Positions 40,227 through 50,145 of a DNA stretch of 64,000 bases are shown here, in pieces. Under the pieces are notes generated by a model. It saw nothing but the letters and a program-made list of their open reading frames with translations. It made no database searches and was not told the origin of the DNA. A program made the position numbers and the translations under genes. Within the stretch, counting starts at the first letter, position 1, and each line of letters begins with the position of its first letter. Origin of the DNA: an uncultured bacterium (lineage in GTDB: Bacteria > Planctomycetota > UBA1135 > GCA-002686595); the NCBI GenBank assembly GCA_943787795.1, contig CALSNU010000001.1:512001-576000 (forward strand). Reading direction: 5' to 3'.

Positions 40227-42269
40227 TTGTCTGCCTCCCAGTCTAGAACCGCCTGTCCGTTCGACTGCCCCGATACCTGCGGGATGGCCGTCGAGGTGGA
40301 CTCTGCCGGGGCGGTTACGCGGATCAGGGGGGAGCGTGAACACCAGTGGTCGAGGGGATCCCTGTGCGGGAAGACGGCCAGCTACGCGGACCTCATCCAC
40401 TCCCCTGACCGGCTCGACGTTCCGCTCATCCGGCGCCGCGGCGAACTGGTCCGCGCGACCTGGGACGAGGCCCTGGCGGCGATCGTGGAGGGCCTCGACG
40501 GGATCGCTGGACAGGACATTCTCGCGCTCAACTACGCAGGCAACATGGGTTTGGTCCAGCGCCGGTTTCCGATGCGCCTCATGCATGCACTCGGGGCGAC
40601 CTCCCACGACTACGGCGTGTGCGACGCCGCCGCCGAGGCGGGCTTCAGCGCCGTGAATGGTCGCTCCGTGGGACCCGACCTTGACGAGGAAGCGGCGCCT
40701 GGGCGCTGTGATTTCTTCCTCCTCTGGGGGAGTGACGCCAAGCGCACCTCGCCCCATCTCCTGCCGCGGCTCAAGGCGCTCGCGGCGGCGGGCGTCCCGG
40801 TCGTCGTCATCGACGTCTATCGCTCGGAGACGATCGAGGTGGTCGAGGCCTGGGGTGGTCGGGGGCTGATCCTGCACCCCGGTAGCGACGGCGCGCTCGC
40901 GCTGGGACTCGCCATGCGGGCCTTCGACGAGCGGGCGGCGGACCTGGCCTTCGTGAAGGACCGATGCGTCGGCGGCGCGGAGTTTCGCGCCGAGCTTGCG
41001 GGGTCCTGGCCCCTGGAGCGTATGACGCGTGAGACCGGGCTGAGCGAGGGGGAGATCAAGGAGCTCTCGGCGGCGCTCCACGGCGCGAAGTCGCCCCTCA
41101 TCAAGGCCGGCATTGGGTTCGCCCGGCGCCGGAACGGGGGAGAGAACATGCGGGCGGTCGCGAGCCTCGCGGCGACGCTGGGCTGGTCGGATCGACTGTT
41201 CTTTCAGACGGGCGATCACTTCGGGCTGGATGATCGGGTGATCTCGCGTCCTGAGATCCGCGTCGGCGCGCCGCCCGAGCCCGTCAGCCAGGTCGGCCTC
41301 GGCCGAACCCTCGCAGGCGGTCGGTTCCGCGCGGCCTTCGTCTGGGGCCACAACCCCGCAGCCACGCTCCCTGACTCACGCCGCGTGCGGCAAGGGCTCG
41401 CTCGGGACGATCTGTTCCTGGTGGTGCATGAGCTCTTCATGACAGAGACGGCGAAGCTGGCGGACGTTGTCCTGCCAGCGACTGCCGTCACCGAGCACTC
41501 GGATGTGTTCCGAAGCTACGGGCATCGCACTCTGCAGGTGGGGTGGAAGTGCAGCGCGCCCCCCGGGGAGCAACGCAGCAACGTCGACTGTTTCTCGGCC
41601 ATCGGGCGAGCCCTCGGGTTCACCGGGGCGGCGGGGTTCCCGGAGGAGGGGCGCGGCCCTGCCTTCGAGGTGGACGAGGCCGTGTTGGTCGGGGAGCTCC
41701 TGGCAGCGAACAGGGCACGCTTCACCGACGATGAGTACGGAAGAGCGGTGGCCGGTGAACCGGTGAAGCTGAGCCCCCGCATCCTCGAGGGCACGGGGAC
41801 GCCGTCCGGGAAGATCGAGCTCGTATCCGAGGAAGTGGAGGCGGCCGGCGGTTCACGTGTGGCCCGCTGGCGCCCGGATGACGGCGCGGGCATGGCGGGG
41901 ACCTTCCGGCTCCTCTCGACACCCTCGACCGCGACTCACAACTCAACCTTCATGCACGTGGCCCGGCATCGGGCGCGGCTCGGGGAGCCCCGTGTCCACG
42001 TGCACCCCTTGGACCTTGAGGCGACGGGCGTCGCCGCCGGTGAGCGGGTCTGTGTCCAGAGTGAATTCGGCTCGGTGACCCTCAGGGCCGTGCCCGATGA
42101 GGGCCTCCCGCGAAAGACGGTCCGGGTGGACGGGTTTGTGAACGAGGACTTGGTGCCGGAGGGCGTGGGCGTCAACGCCCTCGTGAGCCCGGTGACCTCG
42201 GACCTCGGGGGAGGAAACGTGCTCTACAGCACCCGAGTGGAGCTGCAACGGCCGAAGGAGAGCACATGA
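40227..42269 (+). CDS. Molybdopterin-dependent oxidoreductase (DMSO reductase family, cytoplasmic)
   Basis: CPFDCPDTC...LCGK 4Fe-4S motif, ATWDEAL, HNPAAT, TETAKLADVVLPA, C-terminal Mo-bis-MGD binding domain; no Tat signal. Confidence 0.9.
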   Translation: MSASQSRTACPFDCPDTCGMAVEVDSAGAVTRIRGEREHQWSRGSLCGKTASYADLIHSPDRLDVPLIRRRGELVRATWDEALAAIVEGLDGIAGQDILALNYAGNMGLVQRRFPMRLMHALGATSHDYGVCDAAAEAGFSAVNGRSVGPDLDEEAAPGRCDFFLLWGSDAKRTSPHLLPRLKALAAAGVPVVVIDVYRSETIEVVEAWGGRGLILHPGSDGALALGLAMRAFDERAADLAFVKDRCVGGAEFRAELAGSWPLERMTRETGLSEGEIKELSAALHGAKSPLIKAGIGFARRRNGGENMRAVASLAATLGWSDRLFFQTGDHFGLDDRVISRPEIRVGAPPEPVSQVGLGRTLAGGRFRAAFVWGHNPAATLPDSRRVRQGLARDDLFLVVHELFMTETAKLADVVLPATAVTEHSDVFRSYGHRTLQVGWKCSAPPGEQRSNVDCFSAIGRALGFTGAAGFPEEGRGPAFEVDEAVLVGELLAANRARFTDDEYGRAVAGEPVKLSPRILEGTGTPSGKIELVSEEVEAAGGSRVARWRPDDGAGMAGTFRLLSTPSTATHNSTFMHVARHRARLGEPRVHVHPLDLEATGVAAGERVCVQSEFGSVTLRAVPDEGLPRKTVRVDGFVNEDLVPEGVGVNALVSPVTSDLGGGNVLYSTRVELQRPKEST

Positions 42270-43129
42270 ACCTCGGACTCAAGGACCGCGCGATCTTCAT
42301 CTCGGGCGCCTCGGGAGGGATCGGCAGGGCGGTGGCCAGCGTCCTGGCGGAGGAAGGGGCCCAGCTGGTGCTCCACGGCAACCGCCAGGCGGAGGGGCTC
42401 TCCGGATGGCTGGCCCAGCAGCCCTGGCGTGACCGGGCGTCGATCGCCCGTGCGGACGTCCGCGATCCGGATGCCATGGAGCAGGTGATGGAGGTCGCGA
42501 GGGCGCGCCATGGGCGGCTCCACGGGTGCGTCGTGAACGCAGGAATCTGGCCCCCCGAGGACCAGCCGCTGGTGGATCTCGATCCCGAGCGCGTCGAGGC
42601 CGTCCTCGACGTGAACCTGAAGGGGGCCTTCTGGACGGCGCGGGGGTTCCTTCGGGCGCTGCGCTCTGGCGGCCCTGACCCGGCGGGCGCGGGCGCGTCG
42701 ATTGTCTTCACGGGCTCGACCGCGGCCAAGTTTGGGGAGCGCGGCCACGGGGACTACGCCGCCTCGAAGTCGGGGCTCTACGGGCTGATGCGCTCCCTCA
42801 AGAACGAGATCGTGGCCCTGGACCCCTACGGCCGCGTCAACGTCGTCGAGCCAGGCTGGACGGTCACGGAGATGACCGCAGAGAACCTGAAGGAGCCCGG
42901 CGTCGTGGAGCGGGTCGTGAGGACCATGCCGGTCCAGCAGCTCGCGAGGACGGACGACATTGCGAGGAGCATCGCCTGGGTCCTGTCTCCGACGGCCGCG
43001 CGTCACCTGACAGGGGAGACCCTCACCGTGGCGGGCGGCATGGAGGGGCGGGTGCTCTGGGAAGAGTCAGATGTGGATGCCTCTCGGGTCCAGCGAAGGC
43101 TAGAGTCCGATGGTGAAGCGCCGGCATGA
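42266..43129 (+). CDS. SDR family oxidoreductase
   Basis: SGASGGIG, NAG, YAASK, VNVVEPG. Confidence 0.92.
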   Translation: MNLGLKDRAIFISGASGGIGRAVASVLAEEGAQLVLHGNRQAEGLSGWLAQQPWRDRASIARADVRDPDAMEQVMEVARARHGRLHGCVVNAGIWPPEDQPLVDLDPERVEAVLDVNLKGAFWTARGFLRALRSGGPDPAGAGASIVFTGSTAAKFGERGHGDYAASKSGLYGLMRSLKNEIVALDPYGRVNVVEPGWTVTEMTAENLKEPGVVERVVRTMPVQQLARTDDIARSIAWVLSPTAARHLTGETLTVAGGMEGRVLWEESDVDASRVQRRLESDGEAPA

Positions 43130-43238
43130 TCAGCGCTGAGCTTCCCACGTGATCCGACTGTCCGTTCCCATCGAGCCAGTCATTCGAGCCAGTCCCTTGC
43201 GGCTCGACTGAGGCTCCTTCAGACACCCCGCAGTGCTC

Positions 43239-43718
43239 ATGCTCAAGAACTCACCTGAACCCTCGACCGGCACGCCCAGGCGTTGGCCGATTCACGTCGC
43301 CATCGTGGGCGCGCTTGTGGCCCTCGCCTGCTCGAGCCACAAGCACAGGACGATCGAGGATGTCGCCCTCGAGTCGAGCGGTCGATTCAAAGAGGTCCTC
43401 CAGGAGGTCGTGAGTGATCCCGCCCGCTCCACCCAGGCCGGAGCGGTCTTCGCCCGGTACCAGGCGCAGCAGCTGTCGTACGCCGCCGACATGGCCGACC
43501 TCAAGGCGGCGGCGCTGGCCAAGTACAACGCGTACGACACGACGGACGAGGAGTTCGACGCGCTCGCTGCCCAGCTCAAGAGCCGCCGCGAGGCGTTCCG
43601 GGACGAGATCTCGGACGACCTGGTCGAGCTGATGGGCGTCCTCGAGCCTGGCGAATGGACCGAGGCGATCAACGTGATGCTCGAAGAAGAGGACCGCTGG
43701 AAGGAGTTGAAGCAGTGA
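43239..43718 (+). CDS. Helical lipoprotein (Spy/CpxP-like)
   Basis: Lipobox ALAC; long amphipathic helices ending LEPGEW. Confidence 0.65.
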   Translation: MLKNSPEPSTGTPRRWPIHVAIVGALVALACSSHKHRTIEDVALESSGRFKEVLQEVVSDPARSTQAGAVFARYQAQQLSYAADMADLKAAALAKYNAYDTTDEEFDALAAQLKSRREAFRDEISDDLVELMGVLEPGEWTEAINVMLEEEDRWKELKQ

Positions 43719-44125
43719 TGGAACAGCGCAGCAGCACCCAGGGATCAACGACGTCCTTCCACCAGGTCTTGATCATCATCTTCGGCTCCCTCTTCTTTGC
43801 TGGCGGAGGAGAGGCCCCACTGGCGGACCGAGTGGGAGACGCCGTCACGGACAGCGACCGGAGGGCCAAGGCGGTCGCCGCAGCCAGCGCCATCGAGGCG
43901 GCGCTGGGGAAGGACATCGACGCCGTCATCGATTGGCACGAGGACTTCTTCAAGGCCATCGGTGCGGCCGGGGTCGACGAGGCCAAGATCCGAGGGAAGA
44001 TCGACGAGATCATCGAGGACCTCGGGCAGTTCGAGCGGCAACAGTTGAGCCTCCGGAGCGACCTGCGAGCACAGCTCGAGCCCTCGGAGTGGTCCGAGGT
44101 CTTCGACGGAGGCGGGGGCGACTGA
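43718..44125 (+). CDS. Helical exported protein, paralogue of the upstream lipoprotein
   Basis: TGATG overlap; hydrophobic N-terminal segment; ends LEPSEW. Confidence 0.6.
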   Translation: MEQRSSTQGSTTSFHQVLIIIFGSLFFAGGGEAPLADRVGDAVTDSDRRAKAVAAASAIEAALGKDIDAVIDWHEDFFKAIGAAGVDEAKIRGKIDEIIEDLGQFERQQLSLRSDLRAQLEPSEWSEVFDGGGGD

Positions 44126-44147
44126 CTCCCGGACCGACCTCCCCGTC

Positions 44148-44214
44148 GCCAGGCGGCAGCGCCAGGCGGCAGGCGGCAGGCGGCAGGGGCAGCGCCCGGC
44201 GGCAGCGCCCGGGG
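44148..44214. repeat. Degenerate 7-bp tandem repeat (CAGGCGG/GGCAGCG) between convergent genes
   Basis: GCCAGGCGGCAGCGCCAGGCGGCAGGCGGCAGGCGGCAGGGGCAGCGCCCGGCGGCAGCGCCCGG. Confidence 0.6.
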
Positions 44215-44240
44215 TTCTGGGGGCGCACGCGGAGTCCTGA

Positions 44241-45110
44241 TCAGGCGTCGCCGAAGCGAATCGGCTTGCGGACGGTCGCCTGGGCGGGCACCCCTGCGAG
44301 CATGGCCGGAGCGAAGCGCCACCCCTTGACCGCGCGGCGAGCGGCGTCGTCGAGGACGGCGTGGCCACTGGTGGTCTCCACGCTGACGCTGTCGACCGAG
44401 CCGTCCGCGGAAACCTCGACGAGCAGGACGACCGTGCCCTTCCAGCCTCGGCGAGCGGCCAGGGGCGGGTAGGCCGGCGGAACGCAGAGTCCCTCGAGCG
44501 GCTCCGGAGACGAGGGCGTTGACTCGGCGCCAGGGGGCTCCTCTTCGGGCTCTGGCGGCGCGAGCCGGGGAGGAACCGCGGCGGGGGGCGCGACGACGCC
44601 GGGCTCTTCAGTGGCCGAGGGCTCACGAGCGGCTGAGACCCGCGGGAAGACCACAGACTCGAGCAGGTTGCTGGTGATCGGGACAGCCGCGCGGGGCGGG
44701 TGGGCCTCGATGGGCGGGGCGGGCTCCTCGGGCAGGGCCAATGGCTCCTCGGGGATCTCGGCCTCGCTGCTCGTCGGGGTGATGACCTCGACCTCCTCGG
44801 AGGGCTCTGGCTCGACCTGGGGTGCGGGCGCGGAGAACTGCGCGAGGAACTCGTGCCCCTGCTGGGCGTCGCTGGGAGTCGCCCACGGGCGCAGGGTCAG
44901 AGCGAGGGTCGCCACCAGAGCTCCGTGGACGGCCAGGGAGAGGCCGAAGCTTGAACCGAATCCAGCGCCCCCGCCCGCGGAGCCGCCTGCGGCATTGCCC
45001 AGCGACGCCGCGTCTCCCAGGGAGGCCGTATGGCCCAACGAGGAGGGGTCGCCCGGAGGCGGGGAGGCCTCGGCGCGTACGGCGGTGGGGGAGGGGTCGG
45101 GAGGAGTCAT
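44241..45110 (-). CDS. tonB: Energy transducer TonB
   Basis: TM with SLAVH (SHLS-like) motif, Pro/Glu-rich spacer, PAYPPLAARRGWKGTV...LDDAARRAVKGWRFAPA C-domain. Confidence 0.9.
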   Translation of the reverse strand: MTPPDPSPTAVRAEASPPPGDPSSLGHTASLGDAASLGNAAGGSAGGGAGFGSSFGLSLAVHGALVATLALTLRPWATPSDAQQGHEFLAQFSAPAPQVEPEPSEEVEVITPTSSEAEIPEEPLALPEEPAPPIEAHPPRAAVPITSNLLESVVFPRVSAAREPSATEEPGVVAPPAAVPPRLAPPEPEEEPPGAESTPSSPEPLEGLCVPPAYPPLAARRGWKGTVVLLVEVSADGSVDSVSVETTSGHAVLDDAARRAVKGWRFAPAMLAGVPAQATVRKPIRFGDA

Positions 45111-45246
45111 GGCCCGGCAGCGGATTGAACGTGAAGCACGTCTTGCAGCCCATGAATTCTGCGGCTTCTGCAAACTTCTGCCACCGGATCTCGTTCCGGC
45201 GCGGCCTGCCAGCTGTCTCCACCGCCCCAGCGCACTCCAACGTCCC

Positions 45247-47558
45247 ATGGTCTACCCCGTCCTACTGGCCCTCTTGCTGCCTGCCGCTGGCGCTGGCCCG
45301 GCCTGGGCCCAGGAAGCGCCGCCGGTGCCTTCCCTCGGCGAGACCGCCGGGCCGGAGGGGCCCGCGGCCGCCCGGCCCGACCCGCGCGGATCGGAAGCGG
45401 ATGACCAGGAAGCGGATGACGGGGGTGCTCGGGCCCAGCAGCCGGCCCAGCAGCCGGCCCAGGCCGGAGCGCTCAGCCGGAGACTCAGCCGCGGACCCAG
45501 CCGCGGACCCAGCCGCGGACTCAGGCGGGCGCTACCTTCGACCTGGAGACGCTCGTGGTGACCCCCTCCAGGCGCGAACAGGCCATGCTGGATGTGCCCT
45601 ACTCGGTGGACTTTGTCTCCGAGGAGAGGCTCGAGCAGGCGCGGTCCCTCCCCCAGGCGCTACGGGACGTACCGGGTGTGATGGTGCAAGAGACCGGGCC
45701 GGCCCAGGGGTCACCCTACATCCGAGGCTTCACAGGCTTCCGCACGCTGACGCTCATCGACGGCATCCGTCTCAACAACTCGGTCTTCCGAGACGGGCCG
45801 AACCAGTACGCGGGGACCATCGACCCCTTCTCGCTGAGCGGGATCGAGGTGGTCAAGGGACCGAGCTCCGTGCTCTACGGCTCCGACGCTATCGGCGGCA
45901 CCGTCAACGCCCTGACCAAGGACCCGGAGATCTGGGACCGCCCTGTTGGCGGTGAGGTCTTCGTCCGGGCGGCGGACGCGGCCAACTACGTGATGAGCCG
46001 CGTGGAGCTCGGCGGCGCCATCGGGGATCGGACCGCGTGGCGCCTCGGGGGCACCCTCAAGGACCTGGGAGACATGACCGCGGGGGAGCCTTCCGGAGAG
46101 CTCCCCAACACGGGCTACGACGAGTGGGACGGGGACTTCAAGGCGCAGCATCTGGTGGATGACCTCACGACGCTGACCTTCGCGGCCCAGCACGTGGACA
46201 TTGACGACGCGCCGCGGACGCACCGGACCGTCTTTGCGGTGCCCTTCGAGGGCAGCGCGGTGGGGACCGATCTGCGCCGGGACCTGGACCAGGAGCGCAC
46301 GCTCACCTACTTCCGTTACGACCGAGCGGCGGCGTCGGAGGGAGACTGGGAGCTCCGCTCGATCGTCAGCTACCAGAGCCAGGAGGAGCGCCGGGAGCGA
46401 GAGCGCACCGGCGACCGGTTCGACGAGCAGGGCTTCGACGTCGGGACCCTCGGCCTGCAATTCAGCGGCAGCCGCGCCACCTCCTTCGGCTCGGTGACCG
46501 CGGGCCTCGAGTGGTACCACGACGAGGTGGACTCCTTCCTGAACCGCTTCGCCGACCAGACGCCGGCGGACGATATCCAGGGGCCTGTGGCGGACGACGC
46601 CAGCTACGACCTCGGGGGCCTCTTCGCAGAGGCGGCCTTCGATGTGCTCGAGTCAACGACCGTGACGGCCGGCGCGCGGGCGACCTATGCCGCGGCGGAC
46701 GCCAACGAGGTCCGCGACCCCGTGACCAACACCCAGACGGAGTTGGAGGATGACTGGGCCGCGCTCACGGGCTCCCTGCGCTTCGAGACGCGGGTGGTGG
46801 AGAACGAGGCCGCGACCGTGGCCCTGTTCGGGGGCATCTCCCAGGGCTTCCGGGCGCCGAACCTCAGCGACCTCACGCGCTTCGACTCGGCCCGCTCCAA
46901 CGAGTTCGAGGTCCCGAGTCCGGGCCTGGACCCCGAGCGTTTCATCAGCTACGAGCTCGGCCTCAAGCACGCCACAGACCAGCTCTCGCTCCAGCTCGCG
47001 GCGTTCCTCACCGACGGCGACGACATCATCCAGCGCTTCCCGACCGGCAACGTGAACGGGGCGGGCGAGATCGAGATCACCAAGGCCAACGTCGGGGAGT
47101 CGCGCATCGGCGGCGTCGAGCTCGGGGCGGCCTTCCGCGTGGCCGACGAATGGACGGCCTTCGGGAACATCGCCTGGCTCGATGGCCAGGAGGACTACAT
47201 CGGCGGTCCCGGGGATCCGGTCGAGCGGGCGGTCCCCTCGCGGCTCATGCCACTCATGGGCCAGCTCGGGCTGCGCTTCGCCCCGGAGGACCAGCCCTTC
47301 ACGGCCGAGCTGCGCTGGATCCACTCGGAGGACGCAGATCGTCTGTCACCCCGAGATGAGGGGGACACGACACGGATCCCGCCGGGCGGGACCCCCGGCT
47401 ATGACGTGTTCAACCTCTCGGGAACCTACCGCTTCGCCTCTGGCGTGAGCGGTCAGCTGGCCCTCGAGAACATCACGGACGAGGATTACCGGGTGCATGG
47501 ATCCGGGCAGAACCGGCCTGGCCGAAACCTCCTGGTTGGCCTCCGCTGGTCCTTCTGA
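45247..47558 (+). CDS. TonB-dependent receptor (haem/haemoglobin-receptor-like), frameshifted between about 45420 and 45480
   Basis: Signal peptide MVYPVLLALLL...AWA-Q in one frame; TonB box ETLVVT, plug GSPYIRG...IEVVKGPSSVLYGSDAIGG and barrel ending LRWSF in another frame (ORF 45555..47558). Confidence 0.85.
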
Positions 47559-47564
47559 GGGACC

Positions 47565-48812
47565 TCACCTGCGCGAGCTGGGACCCATCGGGGCGTTCAC
47601 CCGAAGGCTCGCTTCTTCCGGGTCACCCTTGTCGCCCCGTTTGCCGTCCTCGCCGCCGCCGTGGGGCGCCTCGATCCAGGGAGCCGCCGCGTAGGGACGG
47701 AGGACGGTAGCCCGCTCCTTCGTGCCGGCTTGCCGCCACCAGCGATCGGTGTGCACCTCCTCGGTCCGGCCATCCCGGTACTCGAGCTCGAGGACGGCGG
47801 AGATGCTGGCGGGGCCGACGTCGCTCTCGCAGGTCGCGCTCAATCGGTGGGGCTTGCCGTCCCTGAGCCGCTCGAGCGCGGACCCCGGGAGCTCGACCTC
47901 CAGGTGGTCCGGCGCGTCCTTGCCCCCCGCGAAGACCTCTCCATCGAGGGCGAAGCTGAGCTCGCCGGTGCTCGTCGCCTTCAGCACCGCGCGCTTGAGC
48001 TCCGCCGTGGCCTTGAGGCGGCGCTCCAGCTCCACGCGCTTCGCAGCGGGCTTGCCCGCGGCCCTGATCCACTTGCGAGGGACCTCCTCGGTGGGGGGCA
48101 GGCGCAGGAGGCGAATGTTGCGATAGAGGACCTTCATCGGAGGCCCCTGGTGGAGCTGCAGGGCCAGGAGCCCCTCGAGCGCGGCCTTGTCCGTGCGGTC
48201 GTCCAGCTCACAGGTCAGCGTGCCGTCCACCCACAGCTTGATCCGGCGGCCTTCGGCTCGGATGCGATAGGTGTGCCAGCCCGGACCGCGTCCGATGTCC
48301 TTCATGGAGTCGGGGTCCGCGAGGAGGTCGTAGTCGCTGTTGGGCCCGTTCGCCAGGAGGCTCGTCGAGCGGCGGACCAGGACGCCGCGGCCGCCTTGCT
48401 CGTAGATGCCCCCGATCCAGTTGGGCCCGTCCTCCAGGTCCGCCTGGTAGCCCACGACGTTCCACTCGCCCTTGAGAGCGCTCCTGAACTGAACGCCGGA
48501 GTTCCCCCGCATGACCATGAACTCAAGCGACAGGTCGAAGTCGGCGAAGCTCGCCTCGTGCACGATGAATGAGGAGCGCGTGCAGGGGTTCTCCGGGGTC
48601 GACTCTCCGACGAGCATGCCGTCCTGCACCGACCAGAACCTTGGGTCACCAGACCACTGCTCGGGGGAGAGGTTCAGCGCCTTCGGCTCTTCCTCCTGGT
48701 GGAGCGCTTCGGCCCCGATGGGTCCGGGTCCCGGAGAGGCGACGCGGTCGGTGGCGTGCGCAGCGAAGGGAGACGGTGCCTGGAGGGCGAGGAGCGTCAG
48801 GTGGATCAGCAT
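47565..48812 (-). CDS. DUF1080 (3-keto-disaccharide hydrolase-like) domain protein
   Basis: WSVQDG, FADFDLSLEF, NSGVQFRS, GYQADL, WHTYRI, LALQLH...YRNIRL. Confidence 0.85.
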   Translation of the reverse strand: MLIHLTLLALQAPSPFAAHATDRVASPGPGPIGAEALHQEEEPKALNLSPEQWSGDPRFWSVQDGMLVGESTPENPCTRSSFIVHEASFADFDLSLEFMVMRGNSGVQFRSALKGEWNVVGYQADLEDGPNWIGGIYEQGGRGVLVRRSTSLLANGPNSDYDLLADPDSMKDIGRGPGWHTYRIRAEGRRIKLWVDGTLTCELDDRTDKAALEGLLALQLHQGPPMKVLYRNIRLLRLPPTEEVPRKWIRAAGKPAAKRVELERRLKATAELKRAVLKATSTGELSFALDGEVFAGGKDAPDHLEVELPGSALERLRDGKPHRLSATCESDVGPASISAVLELEYRDGRTEEVHTDRWWRQAGTKERATVLRPYAAAPWIEAPHGGGEDGKRGDKGDPEEASLRVNAPMGPSSRR

Positions 48813-48858
48813 GTCGCGAGTCTAGCGCAAGGCGCCGCCGATCCGCGCAGGCGGCGGC

Positions 48859-50124
48859 TCACCTGATCTGCCGCGCGCCCTTGATCAGGGCGAGCAGGGC
48901 CAGGGCGGCGACCACGGCCTCCGTCATGAATGTGGCGATGGCGGCGCCGTCCATGCCTCGGGGGGGGACCAGGAGGGCGTTGCCAAGCAGGTTCACGGCG
49001 AGTCCTGCGGAGGCGATGCCCAGGAGAGTCTGGGATCGGCCAGCGGCCACGACCGCGGTCATCAACGGCGCGCCGACGTGCACGGCGAAGGCCGCCGCGA
49101 GGAGCCAGAGGAGGCTGTGTGAGGCCACGAGGAATCCCTCGCCAAAGAGGCCGAGGAGCGTCTCTCTCAGGGGGATCAAGCCGAGGGCGACCACGAGCCC
49201 CAGCGCCGTCGACGCGCCCGCGAGCCGCAGCGCCGCCGCCAGGCCCTTGCCCTCGGCGTGGGCCCGCGCGAGCCAGGGTAGCGCGGCGGAGGACGCGAAC
49301 ACGCCGCCCATGATGGCGAGGCTCATGATCCTCACCGCCACGTTGTAGTGGCCGACGGCCTCGTCCCCCTCGAGCGCCCGGACGAAGACGTTGTCCACGT
49401 GGAAGTAGAGCTGTTGGAAGACGGCCGCGGCGCCCATGGGGATCGAAGCGGCCAGGAAGGAGCCGATGGGAGCCGGGTCGACGCCTCTCACGGACGGGAG
49501 CCCTCGCCGGCCTGCCAGGTGGAGCGAGAGGTTGCCGAGGGTGCTGCCCGCGGCGATCGCAAGCAGGAAGGGCATCGGACGGTCTTCGCCGGTCTCCCGC
49601 AGGACGAGAACGAAGAGCAGGCTCGCCGCGGCCGCGCCCGCGCGCACCAGGACCGGCGAGCGCCAGGCGATCCGACTCTTCCAGCCAAGGGTCGAGAGCT
49701 CGAGGACGTGGCTGAAGTGATAGAGCGCAGCGAGGGCGAGGTAGATCCCATCGCCTGCCTCGAAGGTGGCCGCCACGCCGGCGACCGTCAGGACGACCGC
49801 GGAAGCGGAGAGGGTCCGGGCGCGCCGGGCGGTGCGCAGGTTGGGGGCCGCGGCGGCGGGATCCGCGGCTGCGCGCTGGAGCGAGATCTGGCCCGCGCCA
49901 AAGTCCACCACCCCGTCGAGGACGAGGAACACGGCGAGCCAGAAGGTGAGGCGTCCGAAGTCTGCGTCGGAGAGATGGCCCGTCAGGGCCAAGAGGGTCA
50001 GGAGGGTGCAGCCCGAGCCGACGAGCCGGCCACCGATGAGCCAGGATGCGGCGCCCCACACGCGCCGAGGCACGCGCAGAGGCGCCTCGGACGGGTCCTG
50101 GGGGGAGGCGTCAGCGATCGGCAC
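48859..50124 (-). CDS. Polysaccharide flippase (Wzx/MOP superfamily)
   Basis: About 12 TM; LSDADFG, VDFG, YFHVDNVFV, AVGHYNVAVR, NALLVPPRGMDGAAIAT. Confidence 0.85.
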   Translation of the reverse strand: MPIADASPQDPSEAPLRVPRRVWGAASWLIGGRLVGSGCTLLTLLALTGHLSDADFGRLTFWLAVFLVLDGVVDFGAGQISLQRAAADPAAAAPNLRTARRARTLSASAVVLTVAGVAATFEAGDGIYLALAALYHFSHVLELSTLGWKSRIAWRSPVLVRAGAAAASLLFVLVLRETGEDRPMPFLLAIAAGSTLGNLSLHLAGRRGLPSVRGVDPAPIGSFLAASIPMGAAAVFQQLYFHVDNVFVRALEGDEAVGHYNVAVRIMSLAIMGGVFASSAALPWLARAHAEGKGLAAALRLAGASTALGLVVALGLIPLRETLLGLFGEGFLVASHSLLWLLAAAFAVHVGAPLMTAVVAAGRSQTLLGIASAGLAVNLLGNALLVPPRGMDGAAIATFMTEAVVAALALLALIKGARQIR

Positions 50125-50145
50125 GGCGCGGTGTACGGTACAGGC

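Noticed and set aside
45111..45246. Fur box between tonB and the TonB-dependent receptor
   Set aside because: Only short palindromes (ACGTG-AAG-CACGT) are present, with no convincing GATAATGATAATCATTATC-like match
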